A stretch of DNA of 64,000 nt, from the NCBI RefSeq assembly GCF_030013595.1, contig NZ_CP122768.1; one strand, 5' to 3'. The notes beneath the pieces are model-generated. The model made no database searches. It saw only the letters and a list, made by a program, of their open reading frames with translations, and had not been told where the DNA came from. The stretch comes from Escherichia coli (GTDB taxonomy: Bacteria; Pseudomonadota; Gammaproteobacteria; Enterobacterales; Enterobacteriaceae). Positions 29,977 to 41,578 of this stretch are shown one piece after another (position 1 is the stretch's first letter; each line of letters starts with the position of its first letter). Made by a program: the position numbers and the translations under genes.

Positions 29977-32079
29977 ATGAAGATTTTTTCCGTCCGACAG
30001 ACCGTTTTGCCCGCGCTGCTTGTCCTTTCCCCCACCGTTTTTGCCGCTGATGAACAGACCATGATTGTCAGTGCCGCGCCGCAGGTGGTTTCAGAACTGG
30101 ATACCCCAGCAGCCGTGAGCGTGGTGGATGGCGAGGAGATGCGCCTGGCAACACCGCGCATTAACTTGTCCGAATCACTGACCAGCGTGCCTGGTTTGCA
30201 GGTACAAAACCGGCAGAACTATGCGCAAGATTTACAGCTGTCGATTCGCGGATTTGGCTCCCGCTCCACTTACGGAATTCGCGGTATTCGCCTGTATGTT
30301 GACGGTATTCCCGCTACCATGCCCGACGGACAAGGGCAGACATCCAATATCGATTTAAGCAGTGTGCAAAATGTGGAAGTGCTGCGTGGCCCCTTCTCTG
30401 CCCTGTATGGCAACGCGTCTGGCGGTGTAATGAATGTCACCACCCAGACCGGACAACTGCCACCAACCATTGAAGCCAGTAGTTATTACGGCAGTTTTGG
30501 CAGCTGGCGCTATGGGCTGAAAGCAACGGGCGCAACGGGAGACGGCACACAGCCCGGCGATGTCGATTACACCGTCTCAACCACGCGTTTTACGACCCAC
30601 GGCTATCGTGACCATAGTGGCGCACAGAAAAATTTAGCCAATGCCAAACTGGGCGTACGCATTGATGACGCCAGCAAATTAAGCCTGATTTTCAATAGTG
30701 TGGATATCAAAGCAGATGACCCAGGTGGGCTAACCGAAGCAGAATGGAAGGCGAATCCGCAACAAGCGCCACGCGCTGAACAGTACGACACGCGAAAAAC
30801 CATCAAGCAAACTCAGGCTGGGTTGCGCTATGAACGTAGCCTGAGCGCACAAGATGATATGAGTGTGATGATGTATGCCGGGGAGCGAGAAACGACCCAG
30901 TACCAGTCAATCCCGATGGCACCACAACTTAACCCGTCGCATGCGGGCGGCGTGATTACTCTGCAACGCCATTATCAGGGGATAGACAGCCGCTGGACAC
31001 ACCGTGGCGAGCTGGGCGTTCCGCTCACGTTCACTACCGGCCTGAACTACGAAAACATGAGTGAAAATCGCAAAGGCTACAATAACTTCCGCCTGAATAG
31101 CGGCGTGCCGGAATACGGGCAAAAAGGTGAGTTGCGCCGCGACGAACGCAATCTGATGTGGAACGTCGATCCCTATTTACAGACGCAGTGGCAGCTGAGC
31201 GAAAAACTGTCGCTGGATGCTGGCGTGCGCTACAGCTCCGTGTGGTTTGATTCCAACGACCATTACGTTACTCCGGGTAACGGCGATGACAGCGGTGATG
31301 CCAGTTATCACAAATGGCTACCTGCCGGTTCGTTAAAATATGCAATGACCGATGCCTGGAATATCTATCTGGCAGCCGGGCGAGGTTTTGAAACGCCGAC
31401 GATTAATGAGCTGTCTTATCGTGCTGACGGTCAAAGCGGTATGAACTTTGGTTTAAAACCATCCACCAACGATACAATTGAGATCGGCAGTAAAACGCGT
31501 ATTGGTGATGGGCTGCTTAGTCTCGCATTGTTCCAGACCGACACCGATGATGAAATTGTTGTCGATAGCAGTAGCGGTGGGCGTACGACTTACAAAAATG
31601 CCGGAAAGACCCGTCGTCAAGGCGCTGAACTGGCATGGGATCAACGTTTCGCGGGAGATTTTCGCGTAAAAGCGTCCTGGACCTGGCTTGATGCGACCTA
31701 TCGCAGCAATGTTTGCAATGAACAGGATTGTAACGGTAACCGGATGCCAGGGATCGCCCGTAATATGGGCTTTGCGTCGATAGGTTATGTACCGGAAGAT
31801 GGCTGGTATGCAGGTACGGAAGCGCGTTACATGGGCGATATTATGGCAGATGATGAAAATACGGCCAAAGCGCCGTCTTATACTCTCGTCGGCTTATTCA
31901 CCGGGTATAAATACAATTACCACAATTTAACTGTGGATTTATTTGGTCGTGTCGATAATTTATTCGATAAAGAATACGTTGGTTCTGTTATTGTCAATGA
32001 GTCAAACGGGCGATATTACGAACCTGCGCCCGGGCGAAATTATGGTGTCGGCATGAATATTGCGTGGCGATTTGAGTAA
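29977..32079 (+). CDS. yncD: TonB-dependent outer-membrane receptor YncD
   Basis: 700 aa; signal peptide, plug and barrel regions, C-terminal aromatic residue. Confidence 0.85.
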   Translation: MKIFSVRQTVLPALLVLSPTVFAADEQTMIVSAAPQVVSELDTPAAVSVVDGEEMRLATPRINLSESLTSVPGLQVQNRQNYAQDLQLSIRGFGSRSTYGIRGIRLYVDGIPATMPDGQGQTSNIDLSSVQNVEVLRGPFSALYGNASGGVMNVTTQTGQLPPTIEASSYYGSFGSWRYGLKATGATGDGTQPGDVDYTVSTTRFTTHGYRDHSGAQKNLANAKLGVRIDDASKLSLIFNSVDIKADDPGGLTEAEWKANPQQAPRAEQYDTRKTIKQTQAGLRYERSLSAQDDMSVMMYAGERETTQYQSIPMAPQLNPSHAGGVITLQRHYQGIDSRWTHRGELGVPLTFTTGLNYENMSENRKGYNNFRLNSGVPEYGQKGELRRDERNLMWNVDPYLQTQWQLSEKLSLDAGVRYSSVWFDSNDHYVTPGNGDDSGDASYHKWLPAGSLKYAMTDAWNIYLAAGRGFETPTINELSYRADGQSGMNFGLKPSTNDTIEIGSKTRIGDGLLSLALFQTDTDDEIVVDSSSGGRTTYKNAGKTRRQGAELAWDQRFAGDFRVKASWTWLDATYRSNVCNEQDCNGNRMPGIARNMGFASIGYVPEDGWYAGTEARYMGDIMADDENTAKAPSYTLVGLFTGYKYNYHNLTVDLFGRVDNLFDKEYVGSVIVNESNGRYYEPAPGRNYGVGMNIAWRFE

Positions 32080-32087
32080 TTACCTTG

Positions 32088-32110
32088 ATGCCCGGTATTT
32101 GCCGGGCATT
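32088..32110. terminator. Hairpin terminator between convergent yncD and mcbR
   Basis: atgcccgg tatttg ccgggcat followed by TTACTTT. Confidence 0.5.
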
Positions 32111-32114
32111 TACT

Positions 32115-32780
32115 TTAACGATTGTATTGCTGGTATAAAATAGCAATATTTTGTTGCATAATTTCAGCAAGACAATGTCTGCATCCCTCTTTGTCTTTTG
32201 CTTTTAACGCGGCGAGTAATAGACGATAGTTTTCTATACGCTCCCGTAATTCCGCTGGATTAATCGCTTCATAGAGATAATGTAAACCAGGTCCCATCCT
32301 GACCCACAGTTGCTCAATCATCTCACACAGGATGGGCATATTTGAACGATGATAAATTGCTAAGCGAAATAGCCTGTTCGCATTAATGATTTGTTCCATG
32401 TCGCCCTTTTCTTGCGCCTGCTGTAATTTCTCGAGCAATTCCTCGAGTTCCGCCAGGTCTTGCGGGGTGAGGTTTTCAACAGCCAGAGTAACTGCCATTA
32501 ATTCCAGCTCGTAGCGGATCCGATTGATTTCGTCTAATTGACGTTTCCCCACTTCCGGAACTGTAAATGCTTGCGCTGGTGCGACAGAAAGCGCATTCAC
32601 CGAAACCAGACGTAATAATGCTTCACGCACAGGTGTAATACTCATACCTAATTGCTCCGCCAGATTTTTAGTAATCAGGCGTGCGCCAGGTTTTAGTGCG
32701 CCAATACTAAGCTGATGTTTCAGGTCATTCTCAACCTGCAGAGTCAAACTGACATGTTTCATTATTTCCGTTCCAGGCAT
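32115..32780 (-). CDS. mcbR: GntR/FadR-family transcriptional regulator McbR (YncC)
   Basis: 221 aa from MPGTEIMKHVSL; N-terminal winged HTH. Confidence 0.8.
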   Translation of the reverse strand: MPGTEIMKHVSLTLQVENDLKHQLSIGALKPGARLITKNLAEQLGMSITPVREALLRLVSVNALSVAPAQAFTVPEVGKRQLDEINRIRYELELMAVTLAVENLTPQDLAELEELLEKLQQAQEKGDMEQIINANRLFRLAIYHRSNMPILCEMIEQLWVRMGPGLHYLYEAINPAELRERIENYRLLLAALKAKDKEGCRHCLAEIMQQNIAILYQQYNR

Positions 32781-32977
32781 TTTAATTCCTTCGCGTGTTT
32801 TCTGTCCAACCCTGCCTGCATGGCAGAAGGAGTTCACCTGGGGTATTAAAGTGAATAATCATAAACCACTCACCTTTGTTGTTATTAGCAGCAGAACAAT
32901 GACGTGGTTAGTTAATTAAAGCTGAAAATAAGCTTTTTGCCTGGATTTTTATGGCGGCTTACGCCGCCGTCGTATCT

Positions 32978-34015
32978 TTAATCATCACCCGCCACGCGGA
33001 TCACCACTTTGCCGAAGTTTTTACCCTTCAGCAGGCCGATAAATGTCTGTGGCGCATTCTCTAAACCGTCAGTAATTTCTTCGCGGTAGTGGATTTTATC
33101 CTCTTTCACCCATTGCCCCATCTCCTTCTGAAACTCATGGATGCGGTGACCATAATCCTGAGCGATAATAAATCCTTGCAAGCGAATACGTTTTTTCAGC
33201 ACCGTAGCCATCAGCAGAGGTAAACGATCCGGACCGGGTGGTAGCTCTGTAGCGTTATAGCTGCTCACTAAGCCGCAGACGGGAATGCGCGCAGATGTAT
33301 TAAGTAAAGGTAGCACTGCATCAAATACCTTACCGCCCACGTTTTCATAATAGATATCAACGCCTTTTGGGCACGCTTTCGCCAGTTGTTCGGCAAAATC
33401 ATCCGCATGGTGATCAAGGCATACATCGAAGCCTAAAACCTCGGTAGCATGGCGGCATTTTTCCGCGCCACCGGCTATCCCCACCACCCTGCAACCTTTA
33501 AGTTTGCCGATTTGACCCACCGTCGCCCCCACTGGTCCTGTCGCCGCAGCTACCACCAGCGTTTCGCCCTCTTTGGGCTGACCGATATCCAGCAGCCCCA
33601 TATAAGGGGTAAAGCCTGGCATCCCCAGCACACCCAGCGACCACGATGGATTTTGCGGATGATCGCCAAGTTTCACCAAATCATCACCACTGGATATGTC
33701 ATAGTCCTGCCATCCACTGTAGCCCAGCACCCAGTCGCCAGGCTGGTAATCAGGATGATTCGACTCCACGACACGGCTCACCGTACCGCCGACCATCACG
33801 CCGCCAATATCAACCGGCGGTGAATAAGATGGCTCATCGCTCATACGTCCACGCATATACGGGTCCAGGGACAAATAAACTGTGCGCAGTAACACCTGTC
33901 CTTCACTCGGTGTGGCGACATCATCTTCTTCAAGACGAAAGTTCTCCGGAACCGGCGCGCCATGCGGACGCGAGGCCAGAACCCAACGTCGATTACGCTG
34001 CTTTTGTTGCCCCAT
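32978..34015 (-). CDS. curA: NADPH-dependent curcumin/dihydrocurcumin reductase CurA (YncB)
   Basis: 345 aa from MGQQKQRNRRWVLASRPHG; medium-chain dehydrogenase fold with GxGxxG. Confidence 0.85.
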   Translation of the reverse strand: MGQQKQRNRRWVLASRPHGAPVPENFRLEEDDVATPSEGQVLLRTVYLSLDPYMRGRMSDEPSYSPPVDIGGVMVGGTVSRVVESNHPDYQPGDWVLGYSGWQDYDISSGDDLVKLGDHPQNPSWSLGVLGMPGFTPYMGLLDIGQPKEGETLVVAAATGPVGATVGQIGKLKGCRVVGIAGGAEKCRHATEVLGFDVCLDHHADDFAEQLAKACPKGVDIYYENVGGKVFDAVLPLLNTSARIPVCGLVSSYNATELPPGPDRLPLLMATVLKKRIRLQGFIIAQDYGHRIHEFQKEMGQWVKEDKIHYREEITDGLENAPQTFIGLLKGKNFGKVVIRVAGDD

Positions 34016-34195
34016 AATGCTCTCCTGTGCTTTTGGCATGAATCCATCAATAGTAGCAGGCTCGCAGGAATGGTTTTGTTTGCAGCCGTCACATCCCCTC
34101 TGCAACACGCAATAATTTCATCGAGGAATCCGTTGCTTCGGGCTGTTTTCGATAGTATTGATAACGTCATCATCATTATTTAATCGAGGCCAAAC

Positions 34196-34711
34196 ATGTC
34201 CATCCGTTTTGCCCGCAAAGCCGACTGTGCTGCCATTGCGGAAATTTATAACCACGCCGTGTTGTATACGGCGGCTATCTGGAATGACCAAACGGTGGAT
34301 GCAGATAACCGCATTGCCTGGTTCGAAGCGCGGACTTTAGCTGGTTATCCGGTGCTGGTGAGTGAACAAGATGGCGTAGTGACGGGATATGCCTCGTTTG
34401 GCGACTGGCGTAGTTTCGATGGTTTTCGCCATACCGTGGAACATTCGGTTTATGTCCATCCCGATCATCAGGGCAAAGGTCTGGGGCGTAAATTGTTAAG
34501 CCGATTGATTGATGAAGCGCGGGATTGCGGGAAGCATGTCATGGTCGCCGGGATCGAATCGCAAAACCAGGCTTCGCTGCATCTCCACCAGTCGCTGGGA
34601 TTTGTCGTCACCGCGCAAATGCCGCAGGTAGGCACTAAATTTGGGCGCTGGCTGGATCTGACATTTATGCAGTTGCAACTCGACGAACGCAGTGAACCGG
34701 ACGCAATCTGA
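34196..34711 (+). CDS. mnaT: GNAT N-acyltransferase MnaT (YncA)
   Basis: 171 aa; GNAT motifs (HPDHQGKGLGRKLL). Confidence 0.8.
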   Translation: MSIRFARKADCAAIAEIYNHAVLYTAAIWNDQTVDADNRIAWFEARTLAGYPVLVSEQDGVVTGYASFGDWRSFDGFRHTVEHSVYVHPDHQGKGLGRKLLSRLIDEARDCGKHVMVAGIESQNQASLHLHQSLGFVVTAQMPQVGTKFGRWLDLTFMQLQLDERSEPDAI

Positions 34712-35160
34712 TGAATCAGTCGCTTACCCTTGCCTTTTTGATTGCCGCCGGGATTGGTCTGGTAGTCCAAAACACGCTGATGGTGCGCATCACTCAGATC
34801 TCCTCAACCATTCTCATCGCCATGTTGCTGAACTCTTTGGTAGGAATTGTGCTGTTCGTTTCTATTTTATGGTTTAAACAAGGCATGGCGGGGTTTGGCG
34901 AACTGGTGTCCAGCGTGCGCTGGTGGACACTTATACCTGGCTTGCTGGGATCGTTTTTTGTCTTCGCCAGTATCAGCGGATATCAGAATGTGGGAGCGGC
35001 GACAACTATTGCGGTACTGGTCGCCAGCCAGCTGATTGGCGGTCTGGTGCTGGATATCTTCCGCAGCCATGGCGTACCACTACGGGCGTTGATCGGCCCA
35101 ATTTGTGGCGCAATTTTACTTGTGGTTGGTGCCTGGCTGGTGGCCAGGCGCACATTTTAA
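34711..35160 (+). CDS. ydcZ: YdcZ inner-membrane protein (DUF606-like)
   Basis: 149 aa, hydrophobic; start overlaps mnaT stop. Confidence 0.8.
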   Translation: MNQSLTLAFLIAAGIGLVVQNTLMVRITQISSTILIAMLLNSLVGIVLFVSILWFKQGMAGFGELVSSVRWWTLIPGLLGSFFVFASISGYQNVGAATTIAVLVASQLIGGLVLDIFRSHGVPLRALIGPICGAILLVVGAWLVARRTF

Positions 35161-35394
35161 TCAGAGGATGGTGCCACCTTTGGTTAACTGTTCGTGGCGC
35201 GCTTCCATATCTTCTTTATGCTTGCGACCGTGATGGGCGATCGCTGTGCGCAGACGCTGCTGCTGGGTGTAGCGATCTTCCCGACTTAACTCCGCGTCAT
35301 CGCTCAGGGCGATTAATAATTCGTTCATATGGGCAATGACGCTCTCTTCAATCGCGGCATCCACGCGCGCGATGACTTCATCCAGATGCGACAT
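35161..35394 (-). CDS. ydcY: YdcY small protein
   Basis: 77 aa MSHLDEVIARVDAAIEESV... Confidence 0.75.
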   Translation of the reverse strand: MSHLDEVIARVDAAIEESVIAHMNELLIALSDDAELSREDRYTQQQRLRTAIAHHGRKHKEDMEARHEQLTKGGTIL

Positions 35395-35479
35395 ACTTTC
35401 TCCTTAGCCACTTGTGAAATTTATCGATTCATCCAAATGATATAAGTCTGCGTGGTGCCGTCAAGCCAGTGAGTAAGAT

Positions 35480-35653
35480 TTAAAACAGTGAAAACAACAG
35501 CGCCACCGGGAAACTCATCGGCCATGTTGCCCCCACCAGAAAGGCGCTTAAGAAACGGATGCGTTTCTTATCGTGAGAAAGAAACCAGGTGATAAGAAAT
35601 GCGATTGCTGCCATAACCGCATAAAAAACAAGCATGTGTTGATAGAGAGACAT
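35480..35653 (-). CDS. ortT: Small membrane toxin OrtT (YdcX)
   Basis: 57 aa MSLYQHMLVFYAVMAAIAFLITWFLSHDKKRIRFLSAFLVGATWPMSFPVALLFSLF; track ORF is extended upstream. Confidence 0.7.
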   Translation of the reverse strand: MSLYQHMLVFYAVMAAIAFLITWFLSHDKKRIRFLSAFLVGATWPMSFPVALLFSLF

Positions 35654-36343
35654 GTACGGGCGTCCAGCCAGATGAATAAAACGCGCGCAAATATGCGTCA
35701 TTTTTTGATGTGCATCAAGTTTTTTCACCAGTTTGAGAAAAAATCATCAACAGCAACTTGCCCTTATCCATCTTCAGAATAAGTATTATTGCGGATTTTC
35801 TTAACCCGTACTATACACATAGGGGCAATGATAAAAGGTGGCAAAAATGAATGTTTCCAGTAGAACCGTAGTACTGATAAATGTCTTTGCTGCTGTTGGT
35901 TTGTTTACTCTTATCTCTATGAGATTTGGCTGGTTTATTTGATGTAGTGATTTTGCACGCAGCACGTACTGTCAGAGAAATCAGTGCTCTGACAGTACGC
36001 AAGATCATCTCATACTCTCCAGGTTTACAACATTATCCTTAATATTTACTTCTTTTTCCTGACATCTACATTGAAATAAGTAGAAAACATCCCCCTCCTG
36101 TCGTCTATACAGACAGCTTACTGATTCAAAGGGAACCTTGTTTTCACATTTTTCTATCATCAATACTTTAGACGCGCGGGAGTCTATAAATGCTTTATAC
36201 TTTCAGGGAATAAAGTAAATATAAAAAGATGGCGTAAAGTATATGCATGGCAGGATGATTGCAACCTCCTTGATGACGCTGTCCCATTGAAATTGCAAAC
36301 CCCGCACTGGTTATCTTGCCCATTTATCATGCAGAACAGATAA

Positions 36344-37153
36344 TTATAGGTCTCTAAATATCTCAGAAAGATTGAATTTTTTATAGTCCATCTCTTGAAT
36401 ATTTCCATTTGATATCAATCGATTCATCTCTTCAACAAAATAATTTATATCATCACATTTGTTATTATCCGGAAGATCTGAGTAATTATAATTCCACCAC
36501 TTTATTCTCAACAATTCATCAATAACATTTGAATCAAATCTAAATCTGATTATTTTTGCTGGAACTCCTGCAACTATGGCATATGGGGGCACATCTTTGG
36601 TAACAACGGAATTGGCAGCAATAACAGCACCATCACCTATTGCGATGCCACCTTTCAGTACAACATCATTTCCTATCCAGACATCATTTCCTATAATCGG
36701 ATTTTCAGGTTTGGTAATGAATGGTTTCAATGTCCAGCTACGTTCAAACTCACTCTTAGCAAACTTATCAAATTCACCGTTATAAGTCATCATGTGAGTA
36801 GTAAAACGATTCAAAGGATGATTTCCACCCATTATTTTTACATTTGATGCAATACTACAAAATCGACCTATATGTATATTCCCTGTAAAATGACAGGTCG
36901 GGAATGAAAAAGCGCCGACACTGGAGAAATTTTTTACAGGCATTGTTGAATATTCTTCAGCAATAACATTATCTTCAATTGTTATCTTGTCACCTTTTGA
37001 GAAAAGAAATAAATTTCTTTCTTTATACGACTTCTTCCCCTTATGATTTAAAAAGATTTTATTATCCATACAAAACTCAAAGTGTTTTTTCGCCCACCTG
37101 AAGGTAAGGGTTTTATTTTTATCTTCCGTGAATTTATACAATTGAACTTTCAT
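36344..37153 (-). CDS. Hexapeptide-repeat (XAT/Vat-like) acetyltransferase
   Basis: IGRFCSIASNVKIMGGNHP...IGNDVWIGNDVVLKGGIAIGDGAVIAANSVVTKDVPPYAIVAGVPAKIIRFRF...WWN resembles streptogramin A acetyltransferases; very AT-rich. Confidence 0.7.
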   Translation of the reverse strand: MKVQLYKFTEDKNKTLTFRWAKKHFEFCMDNKIFLNHKGKKSYKERNLFLFSKGDKITIEDNVIAEEYSTMPVKNFSSVGAFSFPTCHFTGNIHIGRFCSIASNVKIMGGNHPLNRFTTHMMTYNGEFDKFAKSEFERSWTLKPFITKPENPIIGNDVWIGNDVVLKGGIAIGDGAVIAANSVVTKDVPPYAIVAGVPAKIIRFRFDSNVIDELLRIKWWNYNYSDLPDNNKCDDINYFVEEMNRLISNGNIQEMDYKKFNLSEIFRDL

Positions 37154-37375
37154 TGTTAATACTTCTACTTATAAATTATTAGGTTAATAACGATACTCTA
37201 AAGCCTTATGCGAATCAACTATGACAGGATGAAAAATCACCAACATACATTTAGATCATAATAACTGCCTAATTTTTCCGCTAGTTATTAATGTAATCAT
37301 TCTGATACTTAATCACCATTACACTCAGAACCTAAAACGATAGTGGCCGCCCTATAACAGCCACTAACATTTAAC

Positions 37376-38800
37376 TTAATGTTTAACCATGACGTGGCGG
37401 ACGACGGTGTAATCCTCCAGCCCATAAAGTGACATATCCTTGCCGTAACCAGAAAGTTTCTGCCCACCGTGCGGCATTTCACTTACCAGCATGAAATGGG
37501 TATTGACCCAGGTACAACCATATTGTAGCCGTGCGCTGACGCGATGCGCCCTGCCCACATCTTTCGTCCATACCGAAGATGCAAGTCCGTACTGGCTGTC
37601 ATTCGCCCAGTTCACCATCTGTTCTTCGTTGTCGAAGAGCGTAACACTCACTACTGGACCAAATACCTCTTTTTGCACGATGGCATCATCCTGTAATGCG
37701 CCAGCCAGCAGCGTCGGCGCATAGTAATAGCCATTACCCTTGCGCTTTTCACCGCCAGTGATCACTTTGATGTGCCCTGTCGCTTTCGCCTCTTCTACCG
37801 CCTTGCTGACGCGTTCGAGATGCGCCAGCGAACTTAAAGGTCCAAGCTCCGTAGAGTCGTCATCCGGCGCACCCGATTTTAACGTTGCCACTGCAGCACC
37901 AAGTTTTTCCACCAGCGTATCGTAAATGCCTTTTTGCGCATAGATCCGACAAGCCGCTGTACAATCCTGTCCGGCATTGTAATAGCCAAAAGTACGTACA
38001 CCTTCGACCACCGCTTCAATATCCGCATCATCAAAAACTATCACTGGCGCTTTGCCACCAAGTTCCATATGAGTACGCTTTATGGACGGCGCGGTATGGC
38101 TGATGATGTGTTCCCCAGTGGCGATAGAGCCCGTCAGCGACACCATCCGCACTTTGGGATGACCGGTCAGCGGATCGCCCACCGTTTTGCCTCTGCCAAA
38201 CAGTACATTAATCACGCCAGCCGGGAAGATATCTTTCGCCAGCTCTGCCAACTTCAACGCTGTCAGCGGGGTAATTTCTGATGGTTTAAGCACTACGCAG
38301 TTCCCTGCCGCCAGCGCCGGAGCCAGTTTCCACGCAGCCATCATCAGCGGATAATTCCACGGTGCGATAGAAGCCACGACCCCCAACGGATCGCGACGGA
38401 TCATCGAAGTATGACCTTCAAGATATTCACCTGCCGCCAGACCATTCAGGCAGCGAGCTGCTCCGGCGAAAAAGCGAAAGACATCGACAATCGCCGGGAT
38501 TTCATCATTGAACGCACTATGCAGCGGTTTGCCACAGTTACGGGACTCCAGTTCGGCTAAAACCTGACCATTTTCTTCGATAACATCAGCCAGTTTCAGC
38601 AGGCATTCCGCACGCGCTTTCGGCGTGGTTTGCCCCCATTCGGCAAATGCTGCATCTGCCGCGCGAACAGCAGCATCCACCTGTTCTGCGGATGCCTCGG
38701 CAATCTCTAGTAAAACGTCCCCCGTTGCCGGATTATAGACAGGCTGTTTTTCCCCTTCGCCGCTAACCAGTTCTCCGTTAATCAGTAACTTATGTTGCAT
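37376..38800 (-). CDS. patD: Gamma-aminobutyraldehyde dehydrogenase PatD (YdcW)
   Basis: 474 aa [37 protein letters not shown]; aldehyde dehydrogenase family. Confidence 0.9.
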   Translation of the reverse strand: MQHKLLINGELVSGEGEKQPVYNPATGDVLLEIAEASAEQVDAAVRAADAAFAEWGQTTPKARAECLLKLADVIEENGQVLAELESRNCGKPLHSAFNDEIPAIVDVFRFFAGAARCLNGLAAGEYLEGHTSMIRRDPLGVVASIAPWNYPLMMAAWKLAPALAAGNCVVLKPSEITPLTALKLAELAKDIFPAGVINVLFGRGKTVGDPLTGHPKVRMVSLTGSIATGEHIISHTAPSIKRTHMELGGKAPVIVFDDADIEAVVEGVRTFGYYNAGQDCTAACRIYAQKGIYDTLVEKLGAAVATLKSGAPDDDSTELGPLSSLAHLERVSKAVEEAKATGHIKVITGGEKRKGNGYYYAPTLLAGALQDDAIVQKEVFGPVVSVTLFDNEEQMVNWANDSQYGLASSVWTKDVGRAHRVSARLQYGCTWVNTHFMLVSEMPHGGQKLSGYGKDMSLYGLEDYTVVRHVMVKH

Positions 38801-38821
38801 AGCATATTCCTGTATCAGTGG

Positions 38822-39616
38822 TTATTGACCATTGTCGCCTTCGCGGGTTAGCCACCAGGCCCCCAGGATCGGCAAGGTTGTTACCAACATAACCAGCAGT
38901 GCCACCACGTTAGTTACCGGTACATCACGCGGTCGCCCAAGCTGATTGAGCAACCACAACGGTAACGTTCGTTCATGACCTGCCGTAAAGGTCGTCACGA
39001 TGATTTCATCGAACGACAAGGCAAACGCCAGCATTCCTCCTGCCAGTAACGCCGAACTGAGATTCGGCAACACTACGTAGCGGAAGGTTTGCCAGCCATT
39101 GGCCCCAAGATCCATTGACGCCTCAACCAGACTCCACGAGGTGCGGCGAAAACGGGCGATGACATTGTTAAACACCACAACTACACAAAAAGTCGCATGA
39201 CCGACCACGATGGTGAAAAATCCCGGCTCCAGATTGATGGTTTTAAAGGCGGTTAACAACGCCAGACCAGTGACAATGCCCGGCAGCGCAATGGGCAGCA
39301 GCAGTAACAGCGAAATGGCGTTTTTGCCGAAAAAGTCTCGTCGCCACAGCGCGGCAGCGGCCAGCGTCCCTAACACCAGCGCCATTAATGTCGCCAGCGC
39401 CGCCACTTTAAGTGACAGTGTCACGGCATCAAGAATATCACTACGCTGTGCTGCCACGCTAAACCAGCGCAGCGTCAGGCCCTGCGGTGGAAAACTAAAC
39501 GCCGCACCTTCAGTGTTGAACGCATAGGCGGCGATTATCAGGATGGGAAAATGTAGGAAAACAACGCCGCCCCAGGCCGCCAGTTTGAGGAAAAACGGTG
39601 CGCGTTCAGAGTGCAT
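38822..39616 (-). CDS. ydcV: ABC transporter permease YdcV
   Basis: 264 aa polytopic permease, last gene of the ydcSTUV operon. Confidence 0.85.
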   Translation of the reverse strand: MHSERAPFFLKLAAWGGVVFLHFPILIIAAYAFNTEGAAFSFPPQGLTLRWFSVAAQRSDILDAVTLSLKVAALATLMALVLGTLAAAALWRRDFFGKNAISLLLLLPIALPGIVTGLALLTAFKTINLEPGFFTIVVGHATFCVVVVFNNVIARFRRTSWSLVEASMDLGANGWQTFRYVVLPNLSSALLAGGMLAFALSFDEIIVTTFTAGHERTLPLWLLNQLGRPRDVPVTNVVALLVMLVTTLPILGAWWLTREGDNGQ

Positions 39617-40547
39617 CGAACGCTCCCAGACGTTTCACGAACGCCAGGTACAGTGCGATAAGAACAATCGGCACCAGGGTGAATGCCGCCGCCATCGGCA
39701 TATTGCCAATCGCCCCCTGCTGGGAATAAACCATATTGCCGATAAAATATCCTGGCGGGCCAACCAGCTGCGGGACGATAAAATCGCCCAGTGTGAGTGA
39801 GAAGGTAAAGATAGAGCCAGCGGCAATACCAGGGATCGCCAGCGGCAGCACCACATAGCGAAAGGTTTGTCGTGGACGTGCGCCGAGATCAGCTGACGCC
39901 TGCAACAATGACGGCGGCAAACGCTCAAGCGCCGCCTGCACGGGCAGGATCATGAACGGCAGCCAGATATAGAGAAACACCAGAAAGCGCCCCAGCCCGG
40001 AAGTTGACAGCGTATTGCCGCCCACCGCAGGTAATGTAAGGAACGCAGTCAGCAGTGGTTCCAGCCCAAGATGTTGTAAAAACCACTGAGCCACGCCATC
40101 TTTTGCCAGCAATAACGTCCAGGCATAGGCTTTAACAATGTAGCTCGCCCACATCGGCAACATTACCGCAATATAAAAAAACGCTTTCATTTTCCCGCTG
40201 GTATAGCGCGCCATATACCACGCCATTGGAAAAGCCAGAATGGCGCTGGCGATAGTGACTGCCACAGCCATAGTCAGCGTGCGGAGAATGATGTCGTAAT
40301 TCGCCGGATTAAACAGCGCACGGATATTCGCCAGCGTCAGTTCCGGCGTTACCGACATGGTGAAATCGTCAAAGGTATAAAATCCCTGCCATAACAGTGT
40401 CAGCAGCGAGCCGAAATAGACAATGCCAAACCACATTAGCGGGCCAAGCAGCAGTAAAAACAGCCCCAGCCCCGGATTACGCCAGAAGAAACCGGACACC
40501 TTACCCAGACCTGGACGTGAAGGTGATTGCAATACATTCATCGCCAT
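39606..40547 (-). CDS. ydcU: ABC transporter permease YdcU
   Basis: 313 aa polytopic permease. Confidence 0.85.
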   Translation of the reverse strand: MAMNVLQSPSRPGLGKVSGFFWRNPGLGLFLLLLGPLMWFGIVYFGSLLTLLWQGFYTFDDFTMSVTPELTLANIRALFNPANYDIILRTLTMAVAVTIASAILAFPMAWYMARYTSGKMKAFFYIAVMLPMWASYIVKAYAWTLLLAKDGVAQWFLQHLGLEPLLTAFLTLPAVGGNTLSTSGLGRFLVFLYIWLPFMILPVQAALERLPPSLLQASADLGARPRQTFRYVVLPLAIPGIAAGSIFTFSLTLGDFIVPQLVGPPGYFIGNMVYSQQGAIGNMPMAAAFTLVPIVLIALYLAFVKRLGAFDAL

Positions 40548-41561
40548 TCACCTCTCCTCAACCAGCGGCACCATCACATCACGCGACCAGGAAACCATCA
40601 CCTGTTGTCCGGGCGTGAGCGTGGCAGGCAGTTCTTCGCCTGTCATATTGGCCTGACTCACAAGCAGTTTTTCACCGCCGTTCAATTTCAGTTCAAAACG
40701 TGTTGCCGCGCCCTGATATTGCACCGCCTGGATCGTGCCATTGGCCTGCAGTTCACCAGGGGTGTTGAGGCGGATATGTTCCGGTCGCAGGGCGAAGCTT
40801 CCCGTCATGCCACAAAGTTTCTCTGCCATCAGTCCATCAAAAACATTCGATGTACCAACGAACCCGGCAACAAACGGCGTGCGCGGGCGCATATAGAGAT
40901 CGCGCGGGGAATCGACCTGCTCAATGCGTCCATTATTGAAAACCGCAACACGATCAGACATCGATAACGCTTCGCCCTGATCGTGGGTAACGAAGATAAA
41001 AGTGATACCGAGAGACTGTTGCAGCTTTTTTAGTTCCAGTTGCATCTGCTCACGCAATTTGAGATCCAGTGCGCCGAGCGGTTCATCCAACAGCAATACG
41101 CGCGGTTCATTCACCAGTGCTCTGGCGATGGCGACTCGCTGGCGCTGACCACCAGAAAGTTGTGACGGTTTGCGTTGCTGAACAAAACCCAGCGCCACTT
41201 TCTCCAGCGCCTCTTGCGCCATCGCATGCCGCTGTTTTTTATTCACGCCTTTGACCATCAGACCATAGGCGACGTTGTCAAGAATCGACATATGCGGAAA
41301 TAGTGCGTAGTCCTGGAAGACAGTATTCACGTCCCGCTCCCACGGTGGCAGATTGCTGGCGGGTTTACCAAAGATAGAGATAGCCCCGCCGGAAAGCTGT
41401 TCGAAGCCAGCAATCAGGCGCAGGCAGGTGGTTTTGCCGGAGCCGGACGGCCCCAGCATAGAGAAGAACTCACCATCTTTTATCGCAATACTGACGCCAT
41501 CTACTGCGCGAACGTCACCGTACAACCGCGAGACGTTGTCAAACTCCACTGCGTACGTCAT
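40548..41561 (-). CDS. ydcT: ABC transporter ATP-binding protein YdcT
   Basis: Walker A GPSGSGKTT, signature LSGGQRQR, Walker B LLLDEP. Confidence 0.9.
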   Translation of the reverse strand: MTYAVEFDNVSRLYGDVRAVDGVSIAIKDGEFFSMLGPSGSGKTTCLRLIAGFEQLSGGAISIFGKPASNLPPWERDVNTVFQDYALFPHMSILDNVAYGLMVKGVNKKQRHAMAQEALEKVALGFVQQRKPSQLSGGQRQRVAIARALVNEPRVLLLDEPLGALDLKLREQMQLELKKLQQSLGITFIFVTHDQGEALSMSDRVAVFNNGRIEQVDSPRDLYMRPRTPFVAGFVGTSNVFDGLMAEKLCGMTGSFALRPEHIRLNTPGELQANGTIQAVQYQGAATRFELKLNGGEKLLVSQANMTGEELPATLTPGQQVMVSWSRDVMVPLVEER

Positions 41562-41578
41562 AAAACACCCCAGCGAAG

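Noticed and set aside
33449-34183. ORFs antisense to or overlapping curA
   Set aside because: Overlap the curA coding sequence and the curA/mnaT divergent promoter region; compositional artefacts.
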